This document shows positions 9,497 through 18,006 of a stretch of DNA of 64,000 nucleotides, in pieces. The stretch is taken from sequence record SRR20825019_2783, one strand, 5' to 3'. Position 1 is the first letter of the stretch, and each line of letters opens with the position of its first letter. The notes under the pieces are model-generated. The model made no database searches and was not told the origin of the DNA. It saw only the letters and a program-made list of their open reading frames with translations. The translations under genes were made by a program, and so were the position numbers.

Positions 9497-11221
9497 TCAG
9501 TTCAGTGAGGGCAGGTTTTGATAAAGCAGCGTCAGCAGTAATCCCAGCGACACACACTGCCAGAATAACACCGGGTTTCGATCCATTAATGGTGGCCGGG
9601 CCTTGTTGAGAAAGGCCTTATTGGGGTGGTTCAGGTCATAAATAAACTCGGCCACTTCCTGATAACGCTTGTGCGGCTGGATATGGACGGCTTTTCGTAT
9701 GGTGTCATCGACCCAGAAAGGGATAGGTCGCTCCCCCTGAATCAGGGATTGATAACTGAGTTTTCTCTGCGCGGCGGTGCTGAAGGCTTTAGAGACCCCG
9801 GCCCCGTAAGGCAAGTCGGCCGACAACAGGTGATAGGTCAGCACGCCCAGAGAAAAAATATCGGACTGCGGTGTGCCGGTCTGGCCCAGAAAGTATTCCG
9901 GTGCTGTGAACTGGGCTGTCCCCAGGATCAATTCTGTTTCTACTCCCAGTTCTACCAGTCCGGCAATGCGGGTAGCACCGAAATCGATGATTTTCACCGT
10001 CCCGGATTTGTCGATAAGAATGTTATCGGGCCTGATGTCCTGGTGAATCATTTCCTTACGGTGCATGGCCTGTAAGCCTTTGCCGATCTGTTCGACAATT
10101 CGTCGCACCTCATCCAGTGCCGGCTCCGGGTTGTCATGCATCCATTGAGTCAGCGTCTGTCCCTCGATATATTCGGTGACGCTGTAGAGTGACTGCCGTG
10201 GCCGCTGACTATCGAAGGCTTTCAGACAATGCACATTATCCAGCCGCCGTGCGATCCAGTCCTCCATCAGGAAACGTTCGATGGCCTCCGCATCCTCTTC
10301 CAGATCAGTGGACAGGGTTTTCAAGGCAACCAGAGCGTCCGAGGCGGCATCTTTGGCCAGAAACACATGGCTGCGGCTGCTGACATACAACTCGCGTAGC
10401 AACTCGTAGCCCTCAAATTGCATACCCGGTGACAGTGTGGGTGGCTGGGGTAGTTGAGTCGCTTCAGTTTGTAATCTATGGTCAGACTCGGTCGGGACCA
10501 GGTCAAGACGAATAATCTGAATGGTCAGGTTGTCGTGGCTGCCGGCTTTGAGCGCCTGGGCAACCAGGCTTTCCGATGCCTGCTGCAAGTCGTCACTGTG
10601 ATCATTGATGGTCTTTGCGATTTGTTGCGCCGGGACAAAATCATAGACGCCATCGGTTGCCAGAACAAAAATGTCACCTGACTTGACAGGCAAAGCCCGC
10701 TGTTCACATTGCAGTTGGTGCTCCAGCCCCATGGCGCGACTCAGAACCGGGCCGGTTTCAGCATCAGCCTGTAGATGATCGGTGGTCAGTTGTTGTAAAG
10801 CCGGAGTGACCAGCTTATAGATACGACTGTCACCGGCATGAAAAAGGTGCGCTTTACTGCCTTTGAAGATAATCGCACTGAGGGTGCAGATATAACCGCT
10901 ATCATTGTCATAGCGATACTGACTGTTGCGACTGCGGCCATAAAGCCAGGCATTGATCGACTGTAATACCCGCTCACCGGCAGTGCTCACCGACCAGGAC
11001 TCGGGGGGTGTGTAGTAGTCTTCAATCAAACTCGCAATCACCGTGCTGCTGGCTTCCTGACTAACTTCACTGCTGCTGATACCATCAGCAACCGCAGCAA
11101 TAATGCCACGGGTCATCTGTTCATTGCCTTCAGGCACAAATACGCCGCAGCTATCCTGATTGATGGCCTTAATTCCGGCTGAACTATACTGACCGACAGA
11201 GATGGATAGGGCGTTTGTCAT
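9497..11221 (-). CDS. Bifunctional PP2C-type phosphatase / Ser-Thr protein kinase with C-terminal membrane anchor
   Basis: NQDS, VADGIS, HAGDSR, LATDGV, DNLT PP2C motifs; VALK, HQDIRPDN, DFG, APE kinase motifs. Confidence 0.9.
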   Translation of the reverse strand: MTNALSISVGQYSSAGIKAINQDSCGVFVPEGNEQMTRGIIAAVADGISSSEVSQEASSTVIASLIEDYYTPPESWSVSTAGERVLQSINAWLYGRSRNSQYRYDNDSGYICTLSAIIFKGSKAHLFHAGDSRIYKLVTPALQQLTTDHLQADAETGPVLSRAMGLEHQLQCEQRALPVKSGDIFVLATDGVYDFVPAQQIAKTINDHSDDLQQASESLVAQALKAGSHDNLTIQIIRLDLVPTESDHRLQTEATQLPQPPTLSPGMQFEGYELLRELYVSSRSHVFLAKDAASDALVALKTLSTDLEEDAEAIERFLMEDWIARRLDNVHCLKAFDSQRPRQSLYSVTEYIEGQTLTQWMHDNPEPALDEVRRIVEQIGKGLQAMHRKEMIHQDIRPDNILIDKSGTVKIIDFGATRIAGLVELGVETELILGTAQFTAPEYFLGQTGTPQSDIFSLGVLTYHLLSADLPYGAGVSKAFSTAAQRKLSYQSLIQGERPIPFWVDDTIRKAVHIQPHKRYQEVAEFIYDLNHPNKAFLNKARPPLMDRNPVLFWQCVSLGLLLTLLYQNLPSLN

Positions 11222-11307
11222 CGATTTACTGGCTGAGACGGTTGGCTATTATCATGCAACATATATCGGGCTTTGAACATGCAGCGGCATTGTTGACAGG
11301 AAACAGG

Positions 11308-11934
11308 ATGGCATTTGAGACCTTAATGAGTTTTTTTATTGCTTCGGTGCTGCTGGCACTGGCACCGGGACCCGATAATATTTTTGTGCTGACTCACTCG
11401 GTCATTCGTGGCCGTGAAGCCGGTCTGGCTGTTGTCATGGGGCTATGCACCGGGCTGCTGGTTCATACCACTCTGGTGGCATTAGGGGTTGCCGTGATAT
11501 TCCAAACCGCTGGTTGGGCCTTTACAGTATTAAAAACGGCGGGAGCCGCCTATTTGTTGTATCTGGCCTGGCAGGCGCTGACAGCAAAGCCGGTGTCTTT
11601 GGCTGGGAGCCCGGCATCTCGACCAAGCTTTGCATGGTCTTATCGTCGGGGGATCATTATGAATCTCACTAATCCCAAGGTGTCATTATTTTTCCTCGCC
11701 TTTATGCCCCAGTTTGTTACGCCTGCATCGGTAGGCATCACACAGCAGATTATGGTGCTGGGCGGTTTGTTTATTGTGGCGACCATTATTGTTTTTGGCA
11801 GTATGGCCTTGATGGCAGCTAAGCTGTCGCATGTGTTCAGGCGATCGCCACGAGTTCAGAGCGGCCTCAACAAGCTGGCAGCACTGGTTTTTGTTGGATT
11901 GGCTATGCATTTGCTGCTGTTCGGCCAGGTTTAA
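11308..11934 (+). CDS. LysE/RhtB family amino-acid exporter
   Basis: LAPGPDN and NLTNPK motifs; hydrophobic; AGGA SD before ATG 11308. Confidence 0.9.
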   Translation: MAFETLMSFFIASVLLALAPGPDNIFVLTHSVIRGREAGLAVVMGLCTGLLVHTTLVALGVAVIFQTAGWAFTVLKTAGAAYLLYLAWQALTAKPVSLAGSPASRPSFAWSYRRGIIMNLTNPKVSLFFLAFMPQFVTPASVGITQQIMVLGGLFIVATIIVFGSMALMAAKLSHVFRRSPRVQSGLNKLAALVFVGLAMHLLLFGQV

Positions 11935-11993
11935 GCTTTGCTGAATCTGAGACTAACGCGAATTCAAGCGCTTAAAATTACAGATTGCTATTG

Positions 11994-12332
11994 ATGAAAG
12001 ATCCTCAATTTAAGGCAATAGTCTGGCAGACGATGGCGGCGATTCCACCAGGAAAAGTCGCCACCTATGGCCAGATTGCCAGTCTTTCCGGTTATCCGGG
12101 CCATGCCCGTGGTGTAGGTCATATTCTGAAAAAGCTGCCGCCAGAGACTTTATTACCCTGGCATCGGGTGATTAATGCCAAAGGCGAGATTGCCTTGCCC
12201 GCAGGCAGTGAAGGGCATCAAATGCAAAAGCAAAGACTGGAACAGGAAGGTATTCATTTTCAGGACGACAAAATCCGGCTGCGGCTTTACCAATGGGATG
12301 GGATTGTCAGCGATCACACGCCGGAAACTTGA
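11994..12332 (+). CDS. Alkyltransferase-like protein (ATL/YbaZ, MGMT family)
   Basis: IPPGKVATYGQIA; PWHRV (Trp replaces the catalytic Cys of PCHRV). Confidence 0.88.
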   Translation: MKDPQFKAIVWQTMAAIPPGKVATYGQIASLSGYPGHARGVGHILKKLPPETLLPWHRVINAKGEIALPAGSEGHQMQKQRLEQEGIHFQDDKIRLRLYQWDGIVSDHTPET

Positions 12333-12363
12333 TAACATACGCCTTTAAATATCTGGGCATCGT

Positions 12364-13251
12364 ATGCAAGGTCTTGTGCTGGCCGTTCTGGCCTATTCCA
12401 TCTGGGGTATTTTCCCGCTCTTTTTCAGCTATCTGAATCACGTTTCACCGGTAGAAGTGCTGTCGCACCGTATTATCTGGTCACTGGTGGCGACCTTGAC
12501 ACTGGGTCTGATGTTGCAACGAGGACGCTTGCTGGTTAAAGCGCTACAGGATAAAAAGACCCTGCTCTGGTTGGGCGTGTCATCATTGTTAATCGCGGTT
12601 AACTGGCTGGTGTATATCTGGGCGGTCGGTCAGCACCGGGTCCTGGAAGCGAGTCTCGGCTATTTTATTATGCCGGTGGTCAGTTTGCTGATGGGGCGAC
12701 TGATTCTGAAAGAGTCTTTGCATCCTTTGCAGGGCTGGGCCGGTGTGCTGGCAGCGATGGCAGTGTTGTGGGAATTGTGGAGCTTCGGTGCTCTGCCCTG
12801 GGTCGGTGTGGTGCTGGCCTTTGCTTTTGCCTTTTATGGCCTGGTCAGAAAAGTCCATCCGATTGACGGGCTGAATGGGCTTACTATCGAAACCCTCTGG
12901 CTGCTGCCTTTTGCATTGGGTTTTGTCGCCTGGCAGACGCTCACAGCGGATAGTCAGATGGGCTTTGGCCTGAATAATTCGACGACCTTATTACTGGTTT
13001 TCTCAGGCTTTCTGACCGCTTTGCCCCTGGTGTTGTTTGCGATGGCCACCAGCCGCATCAATCTGTCGATTGTCGGTTTTATTATGTATATCAACCCGAC
13101 CATCCAGTTTCTGATAGGCGTTTTTGTGCTCAACGAACATTTCCCGCCCGAGCGGATGCTGACCTTTATCCTGGTATGGGTAGCCCTGTTCTTGTTTGTG
13201 GCCGGACTCTGGCAGCAAATCAGACGCAGGCAGCCTCAAACCGCATCCTGA
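12364..13251 (+). CDS. rarD: EamA family transporter RarD
   Basis: HRIIWS, EASLGYFIMP, FYGLVRK, MYINPTIQF motifs. Confidence 0.9.
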   Translation: MQGLVLAVLAYSIWGIFPLFFSYLNHVSPVEVLSHRIIWSLVATLTLGLMLQRGRLLVKALQDKKTLLWLGVSSLLIAVNWLVYIWAVGQHRVLEASLGYFIMPVVSLLMGRLILKESLHPLQGWAGVLAAMAVLWELWSFGALPWVGVVLAFAFAFYGLVRKVHPIDGLNGLTIETLWLLPFALGFVAWQTLTADSQMGFGLNNSTTLLLVFSGFLTALPLVLFAMATSRINLSIVGFIMYINPTIQFLIGVFVLNEHFPPERMLTFILVWVALFLFVAGLWQQIRRRQPQTAS

Positions 13252-13255
13252 GTGT

Positions 13256-13726
13256 CTAGTTTACCGGCAACGCTGTAGAGTTTATCGGTGACTTCATGAC
13301 GAATGAGGTATGCACGCCGCTGACGCCTTCAATCCGGGTCAGTTTATTAAGCAGAAACTGTTGATAGGCATCCATATCGTGAACAATCACTTTCAGCAGG
13401 TAATCGGCATCCTGACCGGTAATCAGGTGGCATTCCAGTACTTCCGGGTAGCCGGCCAGTGTCGATTCCAGTCTCTCGAAACGTTCGGGCGTGTGCCGGT
13501 CCATACTGATGCCGATAAAGGCCATCAGGCTGAGTCCCAGTTTTTTTGCATTAAGTAGGGCGACATAGCCGTCGATCAGTCCGTCTTCCTCCATCTGCCG
13601 GACACGGCGCAGACAGGGAGAAGGCGAGAGCTTGATGGCTTCCGCCAGTTCCTGGTTGGTAATGCGCCCATTCTTTTGCAGAATATCGAGGATCATCTGA
13701 TCATAACGATCCAGTTTTTCTGACAT
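13256..13726 (-). CDS. Lrp/AsnC family transcriptional regulator
   Basis: HTH LSPSPCLRRVRQME; EVLECHLITGQDADYLLKV RAM domain. Confidence 0.93.
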   Translation of the reverse strand: MSEKLDRYDQMILDILQKNGRITNQELAEAIKLSPSPCLRRVRQMEEDGLIDGYVALLNAKKLGLSLMAFIGISMDRHTPERFERLESTLAGYPEVLECHLITGQDADYLLKVIVHDMDAYQQFLLNKLTRIEGVSGVHTSFVMKSPINSTALPVN

Positions 13727-13849
13727 GTTATATCCTTATATTTTTATAGTTAAGCATATTATTTCATTTAAGTTTAATAATAAGCAATTATGTGCTTAAA
13801 AAGTGCTTTTTAATGAAATATTGGCAATTTAATTCTACTGCAATCTCTC

Positions 13850-13855
13850 TATACT
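13850..13855 (+). promoter_or_regulatory. Putative sigma70 -10 element (TATACT) for the leuA transcript
   Basis: Near-consensus -10 in an AT-rich intergenic region, 8 nt before the structured leader; no clear -35. Confidence 0.45.
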
Positions 13856-13863
13856 ATTCTCCA

Positions 13864-14005
13864 TAGCTGAAACCGGCAGCGAAGTGAGCCACAAGCTCTC
13901 GCTGGCACGAGTGCTCCCACATCATCACAAGTGATGGTCGACACTCGTCAGCTTCCAGTTAACCCGACTGGAGAGGGTCAGACAAACGCGATGGTCTTTC
14001 AGCTA
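13864..14005 (+). ncRNA. Candidate structured cis-regulatory leader RNA of leuA
   Basis: 9-bp closing stem TAGCTGAAA/TTTCAGCTA enclosing 3-4 hairpins; see findings. Confidence 0.55.
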
Positions 14006-14035
14006 ATCGAATTAAACTGTTTTCAGGAGTCAGAG

Positions 14036-15736
14036 ATGATTACCCACCCCGCTCAGAAGTACCGCCGCTTTGAGCCTATCAAATTGACCGATCGCCAGTG
14101 GCCCAATGTGGTACTGGAAAAGCCACCTGTATGGATGAGCACCGATCTGCGTGATGGTAATCAGGCCCTGATTGACCCGATGTCGGTGGAAACCAAACTG
14201 CGCTATTTTGATGAGTTGGTCCGGATCGGTTTTAAGGAAATCGAGGTCGGTTTTCCCTCTGCTTCTGAAACGGACTTCAATGTCGTTCGCCGTCTGATTG
14301 AAGAAAACCGTATTCCTGACGATGTCACTATCGAAGTACTGACCCAGGCTCGGGAAGATTTGATTGCCCGCACTGTGGAGTCGCTGAAAGGGGCGAAGCG
14401 GGCCATTCTGCATATGTATAACCCGATTTCGCCAACTTTCCGTGAGGTCGTCTATCGTACTGACAAAGCCGGTGTTAAAGCTATTGCCGAGCAGGGCACC
14501 CGTTGGGTTAAGGAAATGACCGCCACACAACCGGAAACCGAATGGGTCTACCAGTACTCGCCGGAAGTTTTTTCCAGCACCGAAATTGAATTCGCCAAAG
14601 AAGTCTGTGATGCGGTATCAAAGATCTGGCAGCCGACACCAGCACAGAAAATGATCCTGAATCTGCCGGCGACAGTAGAGATGTCGACCCCCAACACCTA
14701 CGCCGACCAGATCGAGTGGATGCATCGTAATCTGGACATGCGAGACAGCATTATCTTGAGCGTGCATCCGCATAATGACCGCGGTACCGCGGTGGCCGCC
14801 GCTGAATTGGCGGTGATGGCCGGTGCCGATCGGGTGGAAGGTTGTCTGTTCGGTAATGGTGAGCGCACCGGTAATGTGGATCTGGTGACATTGGCACTGA
14901 ATCTCTATTCACAGGGTATTGATCCGGGACTCGATTTCACGCAAATCGATCAAATTCGTCAGATGTATGAAGAAACCACCCAGTTGCCGGTGCATCCGCG
15001 TCATCCCTATGCCGGTGAATTGGTGTTTACCGCGTTTTCCGGTTCGCATCAGGATGCGATCAAGAAAGGCTTCGCTGCTCAGACTGAGGACAGTCACTGG
15101 CAGGTACCTTATCTGCCCATTGATCCTGCCGATCTTAACCGCAGCTACGATGCCGTGGTACGGGTAAACAGCCAGTCCGGTAAAGGCGGCGTCAGCTTCC
15201 TGTTGCAGCACGCCGCCGGCTTTGAATTACCTCGCCGCCTGCAGATTGAATTCAGTCGCATTGTGCAGAAAATCAGTGATGAAACCAGCAAGGAAGTGGA
15301 TACCGCGAGTATTGTCAGTCTGTTTGAAACCTCCTATCTCCAGGTGGACTCACCTTATCGCTATATGAGCAGTCATGTGATTGATCAGGAGACCAGTGAC
15401 GTGGTAACCAGAATGGTGATGAGTCATGAACAAGAGCGAATCGAGCTGGCAGGACATGGCAATGGGCCGCTCGATGCGGCGGCCAAAGCAATCAGTGCAC
15501 ACCTGGGACAGACAGTGACGGTAGCGGATTATCATGAACATGGTATGAGCGCCGGTTCTGATGCGGCGGCAGTGAGTTATGTCGAAGTTAAAGTCGGTGA
15601 CAGACCCACGATTTTTGGTGTCGGTCAGGACAAGAACATCACTACTGCGGCTATTAAGGCCCTGATCAATGGCGTTAATCGCGCGGTGGCTGATGAATAT
15701 GAACATAATCAACAGCTTAAACAGGCGCTGAAGTAG
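14036..15736 (+). CDS. leuA: 2-isopropylmalate synthase (yeast/actinobacterial-type LeuA)
   Basis: [65 protein letters not shown] before ATG 14036. Confidence 0.95.
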   Translation: MITHPAQKYRRFEPIKLTDRQWPNVVLEKPPVWMSTDLRDGNQALIDPMSVETKLRYFDELVRIGFKEIEVGFPSASETDFNVVRRLIEENRIPDDVTIEVLTQAREDLIARTVESLKGAKRAILHMYNPISPTFREVVYRTDKAGVKAIAEQGTRWVKEMTATQPETEWVYQYSPEVFSSTEIEFAKEVCDAVSKIWQPTPAQKMILNLPATVEMSTPNTYADQIEWMHRNLDMRDSIILSVHPHNDRGTAVAAAELAVMAGADRVEGCLFGNGERTGNVDLVTLALNLYSQGIDPGLDFTQIDQIRQMYEETTQLPVHPRHPYAGELVFTAFSGSHQDAIKKGFAAQTEDSHWQVPYLPIDPADLNRSYDAVVRVNSQSGKGGVSFLLQHAAGFELPRRLQIEFSRIVQKISDETSKEVDTASIVSLFETSYLQVDSPYRYMSSHVIDQETSDVVTRMVMSHEQERIELAGHGNGPLDAAAKAISAHLGQTVTVADYHEHGMSAGSDAAAVSYVEVKVGDRPTIFGVGQDKNITTAAIKALINGVNRAVADEYEHNQQLKQALK

Positions 15737-15968
15737 GGCGAATCCGTTTTAAAGCCGCAAACAGGAAGCGACACCTGCTTTCAATAAGGATAATACCGAG
15801 AGCGACCTAAATTCAACTGTAAGATGTTGATAAATATGATTTTATTTTGGAATTTTGCTGGTTTGACCTGCAACCACAGATTGGTTATGGTGTAAACACA
15901 GCTGGTTAAAAAGACTTTTAATTCAGCTTTTTACTCAATGTTTGAGTAATCAAACAAAGGAGGTAACT

Positions 15969-16253
15969 ATGTTTAAGCAAGGTTTGCTTACAACACTCGT
16001 AACATTACTCTTCGCCATGTCACCAGCCATGGCCGATCATCATAAAGAAGACAATGATGGCCATAAAGGCGAAGAACATCCCGCCCACGAAATGGGTGAA
16101 GAAGTGACATCCAAAGGCTATAAAAAAGAAAAAGATGTCAGCGAAGAATACAAGGAAAACGTAGAAGAAGCCAAGGATGCTAAGGGCACTAAACACCCTG
16201 CTCATGATATGGGCGAAGGTGAAGAAATGCTCGATAAGCGCGGTGTGGAATAA
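15969..16253 (+). CDS. Small secreted His/acidic low-complexity protein with two HPAH(E/D)MGE repeats
   Basis: Strong AAGGAGGT SD, signal peptide ending PAMA, followed by an intrinsic terminator. Confidence 0.8.
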   Translation: MFKQGLLTTLVTLLFAMSPAMADHHKEDNDGHKGEEHPAHEMGEEVTSKGYKKEKDVSEEYKENVEEAKDAKGTKHPAHDMGEGEEMLDKRGVE

Positions 16254-16285
16254 AGCCGCTTGCTGATTAGCTTTTAGGCTAACTC

Positions 16286-16324
16286 AGGCGCCGTACTCTC
16301 TGCTGAGGGTGCGGCGCTTTTTTA
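16286..16324 (+). terminator. Rho-independent terminator
   Basis: GGCGCCGTACTCTC-TGCT-GAGGGTGCGGCGCT hairpin followed by a T-run. Confidence 0.85.
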
Positions 16325-16429
16325 TGTCTGCTGATCAGATGGCATGAAAGCTTTAAATTAATCAAGGAATAAACAGTCTAAGCCGGTAAGATTTAGTTAA
16401 ACTGAACTCAACAAAATGAGAGGGATGTT

Positions 16430-16897
16430 ATGTCCAGATTGAATTTCGTACCAGTGATTTTTTTGCTCGGTTTACTGAGCGCTTGTGCCAGCTGGTTTCC
16501 CTCCTATGAAAAACCGCAGATCAATATCACTTCCTTTGCACTTGCACCTGAGTCTACAGGCGTGGCGCCGACCTTTCTTATTGGCCTGCAAGTGGTCAAC
16601 CCCAACCGCAGTGCATTGCCCTTGAAAGGGATGAGCTACTCGGTGGAAGTCGAAGACCAGCGGATTCTGACCGGTGCTGAACCAAATCTGCCAGAGGTTC
16701 CAGGCTACGGTACAGCTGAATTTACCATTAAAGCCTCGCCCGATTTAATCGGTAGTGCGCGCTTGATCAATCAACTTCTGTCAGGCCAGCGGGAGAGTCT
16801 GGATTATCGTTTCCGAGCCCGGTTTGATGTCGGTAGATTGATACCTTTTATCACGCTTGAAGAAACCGGCAGCTTCAGCTTGAAAGGACAGCAATAA
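16430..16897 (+). CDS. LEA type 2 / WHy domain lipoprotein
   Basis: Lipobox LSAC; VVNPNRSAL (NPN) motif. Confidence 0.85.
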   Translation: MSRLNFVPVIFLLGLLSACASWFPSYEKPQINITSFALAPESTGVAPTFLIGLQVVNPNRSALPLKGMSYSVEVEDQRILTGAEPNLPEVPGYGTAEFTIKASPDLIGSARLINQLLSGQRESLDYRFRARFDVGRLIPFITLEETGSFSLKGQQ

Positions 16898-16907
16898 TCT
16901 CAACACT

Positions 16908-17855
16908 GTGATGCAAGAAAAACGATTATTCAGCTCGCTCAAGCAGCAGCTACAGGAAGCTTACGATAACGACCACAATCGCGTCGAAATTGGGATACTT
17001 CATGATGCTGTGGAGTTGTGGCGGGTGCTGTTTGAGCAGTCTGCAGAGGGCATGGTCGTGCTGGATTTGTCGGGAAAAGTGGTTGAGGTCAATCAGTGTT
17101 ATGCCGACATGCTGGGTTATTCAATCGATGAAATGCTGCAGTTGTATGTCTGGGATTGGGAAGCGAGATATAGTCGGGAGGAGGTGGCTGAAATGCTGGC
17201 TCAGGTCGACGATAAAGGGGCACGTTTTGAAACCTGCCAAAGGCGCAGGGACGGTACACTAATCGATGTCGACCTCAGTAATAACGGGGCAAACTATAAA
17301 GGTCAGAAGCTGATTTTCTGTGTCTGCAGAGATATCACCAAAAGAAAACGAGAGCAGGCCGAAATAGAGCGTCTGGCGACCATAGATAACCTGACAGGGC
17401 TTTATAACCGTTATGCCTTTTCAGACAAACTCAAATCCGAAATTAACAGCGCGAATCGTTATGGCAACTCAATCTCAATCCTGATGTATGATTTGGACCA
17501 CTTCAAGTACATCAATGACAGGTACGGGCATGAAACAGGTGATAAGGTTCTGATCGAGGTCTCGGCGCTTGTATCTCAACATATTCGTGCTGCTGATATA
17601 GTGGGCCGCTGGGGTGGGGAAGAGTTCATGGTGCTGATGCCGGAAACGACAGTTGAGCAGGCAAAAATCGTCGCTGAAAAGCTAAGAGCCGTGATCGCTG
17701 ATAATTCATTTGAAGTTGCAGGCACTGTCACAGTCAGTTTCGGATTGACTCAATTCCAGACCGGCGAAACGCCAGAAGCGCTATACAAGCGAGTGGATAA
17801 AGCGCTTTATCTGGCGAAGGAAAATGGACGCAACCGGGTAGAAACCATCACTTAG
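16908..17855 (+). CDS. PAS-domain diguanylate cyclase
   Basis: PAS/PAC ending in RDIT; DNLTGLYNR, DLDHFK, RAAD I-site, GGEEF. Confidence 0.92.
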   Translation: MMQEKRLFSSLKQQLQEAYDNDHNRVEIGILHDAVELWRVLFEQSAEGMVVLDLSGKVVEVNQCYADMLGYSIDEMLQLYVWDWEARYSREEVAEMLAQVDDKGARFETCQRRRDGTLIDVDLSNNGANYKGQKLIFCVCRDITKRKREQAEIERLATIDNLTGLYNRYAFSDKLKSEINSANRYGNSISILMYDLDHFKYINDRYGHETGDKVLIEVSALVSQHIRAADIVGRWGGEEFMVLMPETTVEQAKIVAEKLRAVIADNSFEVAGTVTVSFGLTQFQTGETPEALYKRVDKALYLAKENGRNRVETIT

Positions 17856-18006
17856 ACTGTTGTTGTTTTGCCACCAGCAGATGTCTTTATGAGTCGAGCT
17901 TAATTCGTTTAAGCCGACGAGGCCCTTCACTGGGGCCCTAATAGGCCGCATCGCCCAAAACCAGGCTCATGTGCTAGGCTGGAAACGACTTTCAGATATG
18001 TGAATT

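Noticed and set aside
13813-13866. Leucine attenuator leader peptide upstream of leuA
   Set aside because: The short ORF MKYWQFNSTAISLYYSP has one Leu, overlaps the putative promoter and has no downstream terminator
13931-14035. 35-aa N-terminal extension of LeuA in the ORF track
   Set aside because: No SD upstream of 13931; a good CAGGAG SD precedes ATG 14036, where LeuA-like sequence begins
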